64,000 bases of DNA from an uncultured bacterium (GCA_964410905.1 CAYPIR010000005.1:33938-97937), one strand, 5' to 3'; numbered from the stretch's first letter, positions 1 through 9,471 are shown. Translations and numbers: made by a program. Notes: generated from the sequence alone by a model not told the origin.

Positions 1-260
1 AAGATTATACGCGGATGCTTTTACTTTGTTATCAATACGGACTTGAGGGGCTGTGGAAAGAATGTCTGAAATTTTAACATTATCTTCGCTTGTAGGAAGA
101 GATGGATTGGAAGACCAGTTGCTTGCATCATCCCACTTTCCCAAGTCGCCACTATTCCAAGTTATTTCCGTGGCAAATGAAACCGATGAGAAAATGCTGA
201 ATAAGAAAATGAGAGAAGTGAGAAGTGTTATACCGCGGAAGAAAAACGAACGCTAATTAT

Positions 261-291
<31 letters not shown>

Positions 292-412
292 TGTTTGCAT
301 ATTCTGCTCCTTTTTTTTGTTTTTGAAGTCGTTTGTTGCTATTCCTACTTAATACTTTGCGGCAAAGTAAACAATTTCTTAATTTTGTCCAGCGTTTTTC
401 AAAAAATCACAA

Positions 413-619
413 CTACTGTTCAAGGACTTCTCGGCATAAAGCAGGCGTAAGCCGGGAAAGCCTTTTATGTATCCGAAAGATCACAAAGCCAATGTGTCGA
501 AGAACAAGTTCTTGGGCATGGGCTTTATCGCCACGCTCGGCCTCTCGGATTAGTCGCCGTTTTTCTTGAAAAGAAATTCTGGGGTATTTACGAATAATAT
601 CTCGATACGTTTTCCACAT
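413..619 (-). pseudogene. N-terminal fragment resembling sigma-70 family region 2 (ECF/FliA-like); ends after 68 aa with two stops. No downstream continuation could be reconstructed in the frames examined (sigma frame and one alternative).
   Basis: Translation ...ISFQEKRRLIREAERGDKAHAQELVLRHIGFVIFRIHKRL... resembles the start of sigma region 2.1/2.2. TAG then TGA follow in frame, and the downstream frames checked gave no region-4-like sequence. Confidence 0.3.
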
Positions 620-642
620 ACCGAGGCATTTTCAGTCAAAAA

Positions 643-1008
643 CTATTGGCCGTCGACTACTTCAACGGATTTTTCGATACATTCGAGGCAGCTTTTCTTC
701 TTCAAAGATTTGATCTCACGGCACTTTAGAGAGCCAGCAAAAGACCGAAGCAACTCCATCTTTTCTTCAGCAACTTGAGAAAAATGACGATCGAGGATGC
801 GCTTTGTGGCATAAAAAGCACCGCAATATCCTTCCGGTGCTTTTCCTCCTCCGCAAGATGAGAGCAACTCCATAGTTTCCTCATCAAACGGAAATTTTTC
901 TCGAAAAGTTTCGGCTATAGATTGAGCGCAATTAAGCCTGCGGGGGCCCTTCTTCCCGAGATAATAGGCCTTCGCTAACTCTTTCATTTCTTCGATACTC
1001 CGGAGCAA
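643..1008 (-). CDS. C_GCAxxG_C_C family redox protein
   Basis: Motifs LNCAQSIAETF, SSCGGG and YCGAF match the C_GCAxxG_C_C family pattern. The start overlaps the upstream ORF by 25 nt (translational coupling). Confidence 0.7.
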   Translation of the reverse strand: MLRSIEEMKELAKAYYLGKKGPRRLNCAQSIAETFREKFPFDEETMELLSSCGGGKAPEGYCGAFYATKRILDRHFSQVAEEKMELLRSFAGSLKCREIKSLKKKSCLECIEKSVEVVDGQ

Positions 1009-1199
1009 CAGCCTTCAGAAACTCCTAGCTTCTTTAGAATTTTTTCTGCCAAGCACCAGTCCGTAAACGAAGACTGGATCTGGTTCATGCCGACAAATGC
1101 AGTCCAAAGAAGCCACCATTTGCTTACACACACCGCCAGAATGACGCTGAGCAAAGTAAAACTTCCGGCGATTACGCGAATCCATTTTTCCATATTCAT
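984..1199 (-). CDS. Small inner-membrane protein, DUF2892 (YgaP C-terminal domain)-like
   Basis: 71 aa with two predicted TM segments. The ...FTDWCLAEKILKKLGV tail resembles the DUF2892 CP-x-Y-x-LG motif region. It sits 12 nt downstream of the RND gene. Confidence 0.45.
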   Translation of the reverse strand: MNMEKWIRVIAGSFTLLSVILAVCVSKWWLLWTAFVGMNQIQSSFTDWCLAEKILKKLGVSEGCCSGVSKK

Positions 1200-1211
1200 G
1201 ACAATTTTCCT

Positions 1212-4200
1212 TTATGATTTTTTTGCCATCATGTAATAAAAGACGGGAACGGCACTGCGCGAAAGAATGGTCGAAGCAATTTCTCCGGCCATTAAAGCAA
1301 CAGCCAAGCCCTGAAAGATCGGATCGAACAGGATCACGGCTGCTCCGACCACAACCGCCGCCGCAGTCAAAAGCATCGGTCTGAACCGTTGCGCGCCCGC
1401 CTCAATGACCGCTTCTTCAAGCGGCATGCCATCGGCACGTTTCAATTCGATGAAATCCACCAGAATAATGGAATTGCGAACCACAATCCCGGCTCCCGCG
1501 ATCATGCCGATCATGGAAGTCGCAGAAAAGAATACGCCTCCGAGCCAGTGCGCGGGCAAAATACCGATCAACGTAAGCGGGATCGGAAGCATGATAATCC
1601 ACGGCGTTTTAAACGATTGGAACCATCCCACCACGAGAACATAGATAAGAAGAAGTACAAACGCAAATGCCATTCCCAGATCACGGAATACTTCAAAGGT
1701 AATTTGCCACTCCCCGTCCCACTTGAGAGTCCAACGGTCCATCGTTTGAGGCTGGCCGTTGAACAGTTGATCAAGCGTCTTCTGATCTTCGTGATTTTCC
1801 GGTATCGGCATCTTCGCAATATCCTTTTTGAGCTTCAGGATTGCATAAACCGGGCTCTCAAATTTACCCTCCACATCCGCAATTACATAAGAGACTCGCA
1901 TAAGATTCTTATGGTAGATCGCACGATCTTTGAACCCATCCTGAATATCCACAAGGTCTTTAATGGGGATAGGATTTCCATAGCGGGAAAGAAGTGTCAT
2001 ATTAAGCACAGCATCCAGCGTCTTCCGTTTCCCCTCAGGCAACCTCACAAGGATCTCGACCGGCTCATATTCACCGGAGAGATGAGCAAGATCCACGGCT
2101 TTTCCTCCGATTGCGGTCGTAATGGCCTCCGCGATATGGGTCACTGGAATGCCGTTCAGAGAAGCCTTTTGAGTGTTCACTTTCAGACTCGCCAGCTTTT
2201 CCTTAGCCTGAACATAGGTATCGATGTCCGTAATATCGTGATCTTCTGAAAGCATTTTTTCGATTTGAGCGGCAAGCCTATTTTGTCCTTCCGTACTCGG
2301 ACCATAGATTTCAAGCACCAAAGTTGAAAGCACCGGAGGCCCCGGCGGGACCTCGGCTATCTGTATGCGACCACCGTATTTCCCAACGATTTCGTGAATT
2401 TTCGGTCGAACGGCCTTGGCAATGTCATGACTCTGTCGTTTCCGCTGGTGTTTCCCCGCGAGATTCACCTGGAGATCTGCTTGATAAGGTTTCGATCGCA
2501 GAAAATAATGGCGCACAAGACCGTTAAAATTGTAGGGAGCTGCGGTTCCAACATACATTTCGATATCCTTAACCTCAGGAACTGTCGCTAAATAATCCGC
2601 AATCTCCGCGATGACTTGCTGAGTTTTGGCCTTGGGAGTTCCTTCAGGCATATTGAGAACCACCTGGAATTCATTTTTATTATCAAACGGGAGCATTTTC
2701 ATACGGACAAGCTTGAGCGGCACCAGCATCACCACCGTAAATAACAAGATCCCAAGTGCCCACAGAAATTTTTTACGAATCTTCGGATTATGAATCAAAG
2801 GATTCATATATGACCGATAAAGACGCGTCAGAAAGTCTTCTCTTTCTCCTTCATGATGGACCTTGAGTTTGCCCTGGGTAAATGCCTGTCCTAGAATTTG
2901 ATAGGCTGCCCACGGCGTCGCCACAAACGCCACAAACATCGAAAACATCATCGCCGCGCTGGCACCAACCGGAATCGGCCGCATGTAAGGTCCCATGAGA
3001 CCGCGAACAAAAGCCATAGGCAAAATCGCCGCAATTACCGTAAGCGTCGCAAGGATCAAGGGACTTCGGACTTCGTTCACGGCCTCGATCGTAACATCTA
3101 AGATGTTCTTGCCCTTGTTTTCCGGCAAGCGAAGGTGTCGGACAATGTTCTCCACATCCACGATTGGGTCATCGACCAAAATACCGATTGAAAAGATCAA
3201 AGCGAAAAGCGTGATACGGTTTAATGTGAATCCCAGAAAATAAAAAGTCGCGAGAGTAAGCGCTAGAGTCATCGGAATAGCGATCGCTACAACGCCCGCT
3301 TCCCGACTCCCGAGCGACCAGGCAATCAAGAGACTGACGCCGAATACCGCGATTCCCATATGAAACAGAAGCTCATCGGATTTTTCTTTGGCCGTTTCAC
3401 CGTAGTCGCGTGTCACGGTCATTTGAACATCTCTGGGAAGCACGGCTTCGGGTATTTTCTTGATCGTATTGAGGATTACATCTGACAGATGGGCCGCGTT
3501 TGCGCCCTTGCGCTTGGAAATGGCCAGAGTTACCGCTTCGAAAGGCCCCTTCTTTTGAGCCTTCGCAGCTGGCCCAAAAAGGATTTGCGTCGAGCGTTCT
3601 TCCTGATCAGGACCATCCAAAATCTGCGCGATGTCTTTAAGCATCACGATATTGCCGGCATTCACTCCAACCACAAGATTTTCCAAGTCAGACTTTGTTT
3701 TAAAAAAAGAGTCCGCTTCTACCGATTTCAATGCCGGTTCGTTTTCTAAATGTCCGGCACCTTGTTTCACATTTGCTGCGCGTATCAATTGTCCGATCTC
3801 TAGAGGATTTAAAAGCCGTTCTTTTAATTTCTCTTCGTCAAAAAAGACCTGGAATTGCCGTTTGCGACCTCCGGTGATAAGAGTTTCCGAAACCTCAGGA
3901 ATCGCATTCACGATGTTTTGAAGATTTGCCACCGTCTTGCGTAACGCCACGGGGTCCTGTTTCTCACTGTGGAATGTGAGCGTAAGAATAGGAACATCAT
4001 CAATCGAACGAACTTTTAGAAGCGGTTGCGTCGCGCCCAGAGGCAGAAAATCCAGATTAGAATAAACCTTGGTGTAAAGTTTGATCAGACTTTTTTCGAC
4101 ATCCTCCCCCACTTTGAACCGGACAATGATCAATGCGCCTTCAGGCTCGATCGTGGAATAGATGTATTCCACGCCCGGAATCTCCCAAAGCTTTCTCTCC

Positions 4201-4424
4201 CCAAGATTCACGATCCTCTGCTCTACTTCTTTGGAATCCGCACCAGGGTAAGATACGAAAATATCGAACATTGGCACCGAGATCTGAGGTTCTTCTTCCC
4301 GAGGAAGATTTATGATCGCAAAAAGGCCGATGATGAACGATGCGGCGATGATAAGGGGCGTGATCTTCGACTTCGCGAAGTAGCTGACGATGCCGCTGAG
4401 CAAGTCAGAATGATGTGTTTTCAT
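1212..4424 (-). CDS. RND efflux permease, heavy-metal-efflux (CzcA/CusA-like) subfamily, 1070 aa
   Basis: N-terminal TM followed by a large periplasmic loop. The conserved TM4 region ...AIAIPMTLALTLATFYFLGFTLNRITLFALIFSIGILVDDPIVDVENIVRHL aligns to CusA/CzcA. It has 12-TM RND size and architecture, and a 4-nt overlap with the upstream TolC gene. Confidence 0.85.
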   Translation of the reverse strand: MKTHHSDLLSGIVSYFAKSKITPLIIAASFIIGLFAIINLPREEEPQISVPMFDIFVSYPGADSKEVEQRIVNLGERKLWEIPGVEYIYSTIEPEGALIIVRFKVGEDVEKSLIKLYTKVYSNLDFLPLGATQPLLKVRSIDDVPILTLTFHSEKQDPVALRKTVANLQNIVNAIPEVSETLITGGRKRQFQVFFDEEKLKERLLNPLEIGQLIRAANVKQGAGHLENEPALKSVEADSFFKTKSDLENLVVGVNAGNIVMLKDIAQILDGPDQEERSTQILFGPAAKAQKKGPFEAVTLAISKRKGANAAHLSDVILNTIKKIPEAVLPRDVQMTVTRDYGETAKEKSDELLFHMGIAVFGVSLLIAWSLGSREAGVVAIAIPMTLALTLATFYFLGFTLNRITLFALIFSIGILVDDPIVDVENIVRHLRLPENKGKNILDVTIEAVNEVRSPLILATLTVIAAILPMAFVRGLMGPYMRPIPVGASAAMMFSMFVAFVATPWAAYQILGQAFTQGKLKVHHEGEREDFLTRLYRSYMNPLIHNPKIRKKFLWALGILLFTVVMLVPLKLVRMKMLPFDNKNEFQVVLNMPEGTPKAKTQQVIAEIADYLATVPEVKDIEMYVGTAAPYNFNGLVRHYFLRSKPYQADLQVNLAGKHQRKRQSHDIAKAVRPKIHEIVGKYGGRIQIAEVPPGPPVLSTLVLEIYGPSTEGQNRLAAQIEKMLSEDHDITDIDTYVQAKEKLASLKVNTQKASLNGIPVTHIAEAITTAIGGKAVDLAHLSGEYEPVEILVRLPEGKRKTLDAVLNMTLLSRYGNPIPIKDLVDIQDGFKDRAIYHKNLMRVSYVIADVEGKFESPVYAILKLKKDIAKMPIPENHEDQKTLDQLFNGQPQTMDRWTLKWDGEWQITFEVFRDLGMAFAFVLLLIYVLVVGWFQSFKTPWIIMLPIPLTLIGILPAHWLGGVFFSATSMIGMIAGAGIVVRNSIILVDFIELKRADGMPLEEAVIEAGAQRFRPMLLTAAAVVVGAAVILFDPIFQGLAVALMAGEIASTILSRSAVPVFYYMMAKKS

Positions 4425-5881
4425 GATGCCCTACCTTTCAAGCGGGTATTCACCAAATGAATTCCTTTTTCATCTAACTGTCCCGAAAGAAAAAGTAACT
4501 TGGCGTACTCCACTTCCAAGCCGAAAAGCACCTGTTCAAATTCCGTTGTCGTGATAAGGTTTGCTCGGCGTATCTCGAGAAGATCCGCGATGGATTTGCG
4601 TCCTTCTTGATAAAGTTTAGCGGTCAGGTCACTCGCCTGCTCGGCATCCTTAGAAGCCTGCTTCAATACCGGAAGATCCATGATAACGGTTTCAAACCGC
4701 GTCAATTCATCGGCAAGGTTTTTGGCAATCTCATCACGAAGCACCTGACGATCCGCCTTCAATTCTTCATAACGATGTTTGGCATTCTTGATACGACCCG
4801 GAAGGGTTGGCTCAAAAAGGTCAATGGTTCCTTTGAATCCCACCGTATAGTCCCAACCGCTCGTGTGCCAATCAGGGCTATGCTCATTAAAACTTCCGAA
4901 ACCATAAAATTTCGGAAGAAAGGAAGTCTTCTGCCGAAGGCTCTCAATACGCTGGGCGTCTATTATTTGATCCATGGCCGCAAGATCTTTACGCTCCTGA
5001 TAGGCCTTTGCGATCCAAGCGCGAAGCTCGCCTTTGTCCTGTACATATTCTGGCAATTTTCCAACCGGCTCCCACGTCAATTCCAGATCTTCGCCCATGA
5101 GAATATTCATGAACATTCTGGAGTTTTTCAACATGGCTTGGGCTTTGTTTCTCTCGCGTTCAATTCCGGCAGCAGTAACCTTCGCAGCGTAAAAATCCGC
5201 TCCAAGAATCAGACCCTTTTGATTTAAATCTTCGGCTTGTTTTAGATCTTTGTCGCTTTGATCTTTCATCGTCGCAGTGATAGCGAGAACTTCTTTTGCA
5301 AGCAGAATTCTGAGATAACTCTCAAGGGTCACGATCCCGGCTTCCATCTCGGTAAAGTCCGCTTCAAGGTTCGCAGACTTCACAAGTCGGCGAGCAGAAC
5401 GGATCTTGGAGATCGTATTGAAGGAGTCAAAAAGCAGCATCTCCCCTTCCAATCCGAAGTGATAGTCTGTGCGATGGTTGGGATTGTTAAGCTCGTTAAC
5501 TGCGAAATTAGCTTGTGTGAATTTGTTCTGCTGGAGGAGCATGCCGAAGACGCCTACGGGATCATTCGTCGTCGTCATCGAACTCACGCCCTGAACGTGG
5601 GGAAAAAGATCGGCGATAGCGATATTACGACCGGCCTTCGCTTGTTCAAGTTGCTCGTATCTTTTCTTTAAAGCGGGGTAATGCGCTAAAACTTTTTGGT
5701 AACAATCAAGAAATGTCAGATTATCCAGATGAGCGGGAGCTTGGAGTGCGATTTCTTCAGCAAACACAAACTGCCCCGCCAAAAATACGAACGCAAAGAA
5801 AACCGATAGTGTTTTTTTTATAGACATTGAAATCATCTTAGGTTGTTCTCCCTGGCTTGAAAACAGGTTTTTAGACCTCAC
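4421..5881 (-). CDS. TolC-family outer membrane efflux protein (OEP)
   Basis: 486 aa with a signal peptide, two OEP repeats rich in coiled-coil helices, and a TolC-like size. It overlaps arsM upstream and the RND gene downstream by 4 nt each. Confidence 0.8.
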   Translation of the reverse strand: MRSKNLFSSQGEQPKMISMSIKKTLSVFFAFVFLAGQFVFAEEIALQAPAHLDNLTFLDCYQKVLAHYPALKKRYEQLEQAKAGRNIAIADLFPHVQGVSSMTTTNDPVGVFGMLLQQNKFTQANFAVNELNNPNHRTDYHFGLEGEMLLFDSFNTISKIRSARRLVKSANLEADFTEMEAGIVTLESYLRILLAKEVLAITATMKDQSDKDLKQAEDLNQKGLILGADFYAAKVTAAGIERERNKAQAMLKNSRMFMNILMGEDLELTWEPVGKLPEYVQDKGELRAWIAKAYQERKDLAAMDQIIDAQRIESLRQKTSFLPKFYGFGSFNEHSPDWHTSGWDYTVGFKGTIDLFEPTLPGRIKNAKHRYEELKADRQVLRDEIAKNLADELTRFETVIMDLPVLKQASKDAEQASDLTAKLYQEGRKSIADLLEIRRANLITTTEFEQVLFGLEVEYAKLLFLSGQLDEKGIHLVNTRLKGRAS

Positions 5882-6717
5882 CGAACAATTCTTTTTTCCG
5901 CGCTTACTTTGATGCTGGCAATGGAATGTTCGATCTTTTTCAAATCCTCTTGGTTTACAATAGGACTATTTTTAATAACCTTGGCTGTTGCATCGTTGGA
6001 CATCGCTTTAATCGGATAAAACGTCTCATTTACTATTTTGATCGTACTGAAACCAGCATCCTTGATCAAATGCAGATAATCCTTCTTGAAAATTGCGCCG
6101 GCGAGACAGCCTACATAAGCTTCTATAGATCGCTTAATAGTTTGGGGTAATTCTCTTATCAGAACCAAATCGGATACCATCAATTGTCCCCCCGCCTTCA
6201 ACACCCTGAACGCTTCTTCAAATACGCTTTTCTTATCTGGCGAAAGATTGATAACACAATTTGAAATAATCATATCTATCGAACTGTTTTCAATAGGAAG
6301 GTTTTCGATTTCGCCTAAACGAAACTCCACATTGGAATATCCTCCTTTTTTGGCGTTTGCTTTGGCTCTTTCGATCATCTCTGCTGTCATATCAACGCCG
6401 ATAACACGTCCTGTCTTTCCGACTTTTTTCGCCGCAAGAAAAACATCGAATCCCGCGCCACTCCCCAAATCCAACACCACGTCGCCTTCCTTTAACGATG
6501 CCAAGGCAACAGGATTACCGCAACCAAGCCCCAGGTTAGAACCTTCTGGAACAGCATCTATTTCATCCGCACTGTAACCCACGCTCTTGCTTATATCTTG
6601 AACAAGGTTTTTGCTACCGCAACACGAACTCGTAGGACAACAAGAACTACCGTTTTGAGCAATTTTGGCATAACCTTCTCGAACAATTTTTTTAATCTCT
6701 TTTTGTCCTCTTGCCAT
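5878..6717 (-). CDS. arsM: Arsenite S-adenosylmethionine methyltransferase
   Basis: Strong match along the whole protein to ArsM: IVREGYAKIA..SSCC, LGCGNPVALASL, the SAM motif VLDLGSGAGFDV, ISNCVINLSPDK, EAFRVLKAGGQLMVSDLV and YVGCLAGA. The As(III)-binding cysteines are conserved. Confidence 0.85.
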   Translation of the reverse strand: MARGQKEIKKIVREGYAKIAQNGSSCCPTSSCCGSKNLVQDISKSVGYSADEIDAVPEGSNLGLGCGNPVALASLKEGDVVLDLGSGAGFDVFLAAKKVGKTGRVIGVDMTAEMIERAKANAKKGGYSNVEFRLGEIENLPIENSSIDMIISNCVINLSPDKKSVFEEAFRVLKAGGQLMVSDLVLIRELPQTIKRSIEAYVGCLAGAIFKKDYLHLIKDAGFSTIKIVNETFYPIKAMSNDATAKVIKNSPIVNQEDLKKIEHSIASIKVSAEKRIVR

Positions 6718-6720
6718 AAA

Positions 6721-7026
6721 TTATTTCGTCTTTCTGTTCACAACTTTACAACATCCGCCCTCGATCTTGATGCCATGCTGATTGACGAGCGCGTTAGCAA
6801 TCTTTTGTCGAGCCGAAATGAGTATCCGCGAAATGGTAGCTCGGTGAACTTTCATTTGTTTCGCAGCATCCAACTGTTCCAGACGCATCCCGTCACAAAG
6901 ACGCAAAGCCTCTAGTTCATCCAAGGTGATCCTAGTAACTATGATGTCGTTACGCGGCACATGAAGAGGGCGGAAGCATCTGTCCCCCGGCTTACAACTA
7001 ACCCACCTTGTTTTCTTAGGTCTCAT
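6721..7026 (-). CDS. DUF134 (UPF0251) family putative DNA-binding protein; candidate regulator of the downstream operon
   Basis: MRPKKTRWVSC...LDELEALRLCDGMRLEQLDAAKQMKVHRATISRILISARQKIANALV fits the DUF134 pattern RPKK-R-...DE-EA-RL-D...EAA..M.VSR.T..R...AR.K.A.ALV. Five Cys are present, including a C-terminal vicinal CC. An AGGAGG-like RBS (tcctcc on +) lies at 7030-7035. Its stop is 1 nt from the arsM ATG. Confidence 0.8.
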   Translation of the reverse strand: MRPKKTRWVSCKPGDRCFRPLHVPRNDIIVTRITLDELEALRLCDGMRLEQLDAAKQMKVHRATISRILISARQKIANALVNQHGIKIEGGCCKVVNRKTK

Positions 7027-7054
7027 TCCGTCCTCCAGTTATGCACATATGCTT

Positions 7055-7082
7055 ATAATATCACGCTTTGATTCTTTGTCAA
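7055..7082 (-). promoter_or_regulatory. Candidate sigma70 promoter for the DUF134-arsM-tolC-RND operon
   Basis: The minus strand reads TTGACA (7082-7077), a 16-nt spacer, then TATTAT (7060-7055), about 25 nt upstream of the RBS. Identified by eye only. Confidence 0.35.
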
Positions 7083-7297
7083 ATTCATTTTCTCTTTTAG
7101 GTCGATCTCGTCGCCGCCTTCTTTCCAGCTTTCTTGACAGAAGCACTCAACTGGAAGGCAATCAATCCTACGGGCTCACCTTCGCAAGTACAGCTGTAAG
7201 ACCCGCAAACAGCGCTGAAGTTAGCGCACAGATCTGCCGGCGACTCCTGATGATCGATATTTGAATAAAAACGAGAGGGATCAGATGGGCTGAAAAG

Positions 7298-7330
7298 TAA
7301 AACTCCCCCAGTGTCCTTGGGGGATTTTAT
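7298..7330 (-). terminator. Rho-independent terminator downstream of tRNA-Lys; the hairpin is flanked by A and T tracts on both sides
   Basis: Stem TCCCCCA (7304-7310), loop gtgtcct, stem TGGGGGA (7318-7324). A T-run follows on the minus strand (gttttactttt) and also on the plus strand (ttttat). Confidence 0.5.
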
Positions 7331-7359
7331 CTCTGTCCGATAGAGAGTGACAAGAGAAG

Positions 7360-7432
7360 TGAGCCCGGATGGATTCGAACCATCGACAACCGCCTTAAAA
7401 GGGCGATGCTCTACCAGCTGAGCTACGGGCCC
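7360..7432 (-). tRNA. tRNA-Lys (anticodon UUU), no encoded CCA
   Basis: The minus-strand sequence GGGCCCGTAGCTCAGCTGGTAGAGCATCGCCCTTTTAAGGCGGTTGTCGATGGTTCGAATCCATCCGGGCTCA folds as a cloverleaf. It has a 7-bp acceptor stem with one G-U pair, a D-arm GCTC/GAGC, anticodon loop CTTTTAA and a T-arm GATGG-TTCGAAT-CCATC. The annotated ORF 7097..7480 overlaps it and is spurious. Confidence 0.9.
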
Positions 7433-7518
7433 AACTATTAAAGAGACAATAATTACTGCGTAATTAAAACAAAAATCCACTTTCGCGACAACAAAATCGT
7501 GGAAGACTAATATGTTTT

Positions 7519-8091
7519 TTAAATCGCGTAAACTTCTTTTTCTTTATTTGCCAACGCTTCATCAACTGCCGCTATTGATTGGTCGGTCAATTTTTGAATT
7601 TCTTTTTGTGAAACATGCGAAGCATCTTCAGTCGCAATTTTTTCTTTTTCAAGTTTCTTAATTTGCTCTATCGCTTCATGGCGCGTACTGCGTATCGCAA
7701 TGCGGCCTTCTTCAGCAACCTTGCGAACAACTTTCGTCAATTCCGCTCTGCGTTCATCAGTAAGCGATGGAATTTGAATGCGAAGAATTTTCCCATCATT
7801 GATTGGCGTAAGTCCGAGATCCGATTTTAGAATTGCTTTTTCAACTTCAGCAACGGCAGAAGCGTCCCACGGTTGAATCTGAATAGTCCTAGCATCCGGC
7901 GTTGAAATTGTCCCAAGATTTTTAATGGGGGTCGGAGTATTATAATAGTTTACTGAAATCCCTTCCACGAGGGCTATGGACGCGCGGCCCGTGCGGATAT
8001 TTTGAAATTCCTTTTTTGTAGCATCAACGCTTTTGGTCATTTTCTTTTTTGCTTCATCCGCCAACTGTTTCAAATCCGTAACATTATTCAT
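7519..8091 (-). CDS. frr: Ribosome recycling factor
   Basis: 190 aa with full-length similarity to RRF. Located in the conserved rpsB-tsf-pyrH-frr cluster. Confidence 0.95.
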   Translation of the reverse strand: MNNVTDLKQLADEAKKKMTKSVDATKKEFQNIRTGRASIALVEGISVNYYNTPTPIKNLGTISTPDARTIQIQPWDASAVAEVEKAILKSDLGLTPINDGKILRIQIPSLTDERRAELTKVVRKVAEEGRIAIRSTRHEAIEQIKKLEKEKIATEDASHVSQKEIQKLTDQSIAAVDEALANKEKEVYAI

Positions 8092-8117
8092 AGGATTCTC
8101 CTTTGAAGTTGAACCTT

Positions 8118-8837
8118 TTAAGAAACGACAGTTCCAATTTTTTCGCCTAATACCGCGCGGCGAATATTACCGGGCTTTGTCAAATCAAATACCACAATCG
8201 GAAGATTATTTTCCATACAAAGAGATGTGGCTGTTGTGTCCATAACGCGAAGTTGATTTTTAATCACATCAAGATATTTCAATCGCGCAAACTTTACAGC
8301 GTCTTTATGTTTCACGGGATCTTTATCGTAAACGCCGTCTACTTTTGTAGCCTTCAAAATAACCTCGGCATTCATCTCGACTCCGCGAAGCACCGCCGCC
8401 GTATCTGTCGTAAAAAACGGATTTCCTGTTCCTGCAGCAAAAATCACTACACGGCCTTTTTGAAGATGACGCATTGCTCTGCGGCGAATATAAGGTTCGC
8501 ATAAAGCCTTAATTTCTAGCGCCGATTGAACCCTTGTATGCACACCGACTTTTTCAAGCGCGTCAGACATCACAAGCCCGTTCATTACCGTCGCAAGCAT
8601 TCCGATATAGTCGGCAGTCGCGCGGTCAATGCCGTTTTTTTCACCTTCAGCACCTCTGAAAAAATTTCCGCCGCCAATAATGCAAATCACATCAACGCCA
8701 AGCGTCCTAACTTCTTTTATCTGCTTTGCGATTGAATTAACAATTTCAGGATCAATTCCAAAACCGCGTTTCCCTTCCAGCGCTTCACCGGAAAGTTTCA
8801 AAACGATACGCTTATAAACAGGTTTTTTTACTTTCAT
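8118..8837 (-). CDS. pyrH: UMP kinase
   Basis: Motifs [12 protein letters not shown]...GGGNFFRG...TTDTAA are typical of PyrH. Confidence 0.95.
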   Translation of the reverse strand: MKVKKPVYKRIVLKLSGEALEGKRGFGIDPEIVNSIAKQIKEVRTLGVDVICIIGGGNFFRGAEGEKNGIDRATADYIGMLATVMNGLVMSDALEKVGVHTRVQSALEIKALCEPYIRRRAMRHLQKGRVVIFAAGTGNPFFTTDTAAVLRGVEMNAEVILKATKVDGVYDKDPVKHKDAVKFARLKYLDVIKNQLRVMDTTATSLCMENNLPIVVFDLTKPGNIRRAVLGEKIGTVVS

Positions 8838-8874
8838 TAGGAGTTTCAGCCTTTTTGTAATTTAACCAAATATT

Positions 8875-9471
8875 TTAGTTGCCACCGACTTCAAAGCGCA
8901 CGAAACGGCGGACAATAATGTTTTCACCAATCTTCGCAATCGCCTCAGTTACGAGGTCTTTAATCGTCTTAGAGTCATCTTTTATAAATTTTTGATTCAT
9001 AAGACAAATTTCCTCATAGCGTTTACTCAGTTTTCCTTCTAAGATTTTTTTTCTGACTTCTTCGGGCTTATCTTTGACTTGATCCAAAAAAACCGCGCTC
9101 TCACGCTCTAATTCCGCGACAGGAATATCTTCCGCGCGGACATAAAGCGGATGCGCCGCCGCGATTTGCATGGACAAATCACGAATAAACGCTTGAAAAG
9201 TTTCGTTTTTAGCAACAAAATCCGTCTCGCAATTCACTTCTAAAAGAACTCCCAGCTTCCCGCCGGAGTGAATATAAGATGTAATTTGTCCTTCACGCGC
9301 TTCACGAGAAGATTTTTTCTTCGCGATATCCAGCCCTTTTTTACGAATAATATCTTGCGCCTTTTGAATGTCTCCCGATGTTTCGACAAGCGCGTTTTTA
9401 CAATCCATCATTCCCGCGCCCGTAAGTTCACGAAGCTTTGTAATATCCGTACTGCTAAATGGTGTTATCAT
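8875..9471 (-). CDS. tsf: Elongation factor Ts (short form)
   Basis: The N-terminal motif ITKLRELTGAGMMDCKNAL is the EF-Ts UBA-like domain. 198 aa. Confidence 0.9.
   Translation of the reverse strand: MITPFSSTDITKLRELTGAGMMDCKNALVETSGDIQKAQDIIRKKGLDIAKKKSSREAREGQITSYIHSGGKLGVLLEVNCETDFVAKNETFQAFIRDLSMQIAAAHPLYVRAEDIPVAELERESAVFLDQVKDKPEEVRKKILEGKLSKRYEEICLMNQKFIKDDSKTIKDLVTEAIAKIGENIIVRRFVRFEVGGN

Noticed and set aside
53-256. 67-aa plus-strand ORF at the window start
   Set aside because: There is no RBS, no recognisable motif, and it lies in a region of apparent gene debris. It is probably non-coding.
643-1211. Membrane-fusion (adaptor) protein for the RND pump
   Set aside because: The only ORFs in this stretch are 71 aa (two TM, DUF2892-like) and 121 aa (C_GCAxxG). 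Neither has HlyD/CusB features.
1389-2249. 286-aa plus-strand ORF
   Set aside because: It is antisense, inside the RND permease gene. The composition is skewed to R/H/N, which is typical of shadow ORFs. There is no RBS.
4607-5227. 206-aa plus-strand ORF inside tolC
   Set aside because: It is a shadow ORF on the opposite strand of a well-supported gene.
7097-7480. 127-aa ORF on the minus strand
   Set aside because: It fully overlaps the tRNA-Lys gene and its terminator hairpin. There is no RBS, and it is a spurious ORF.
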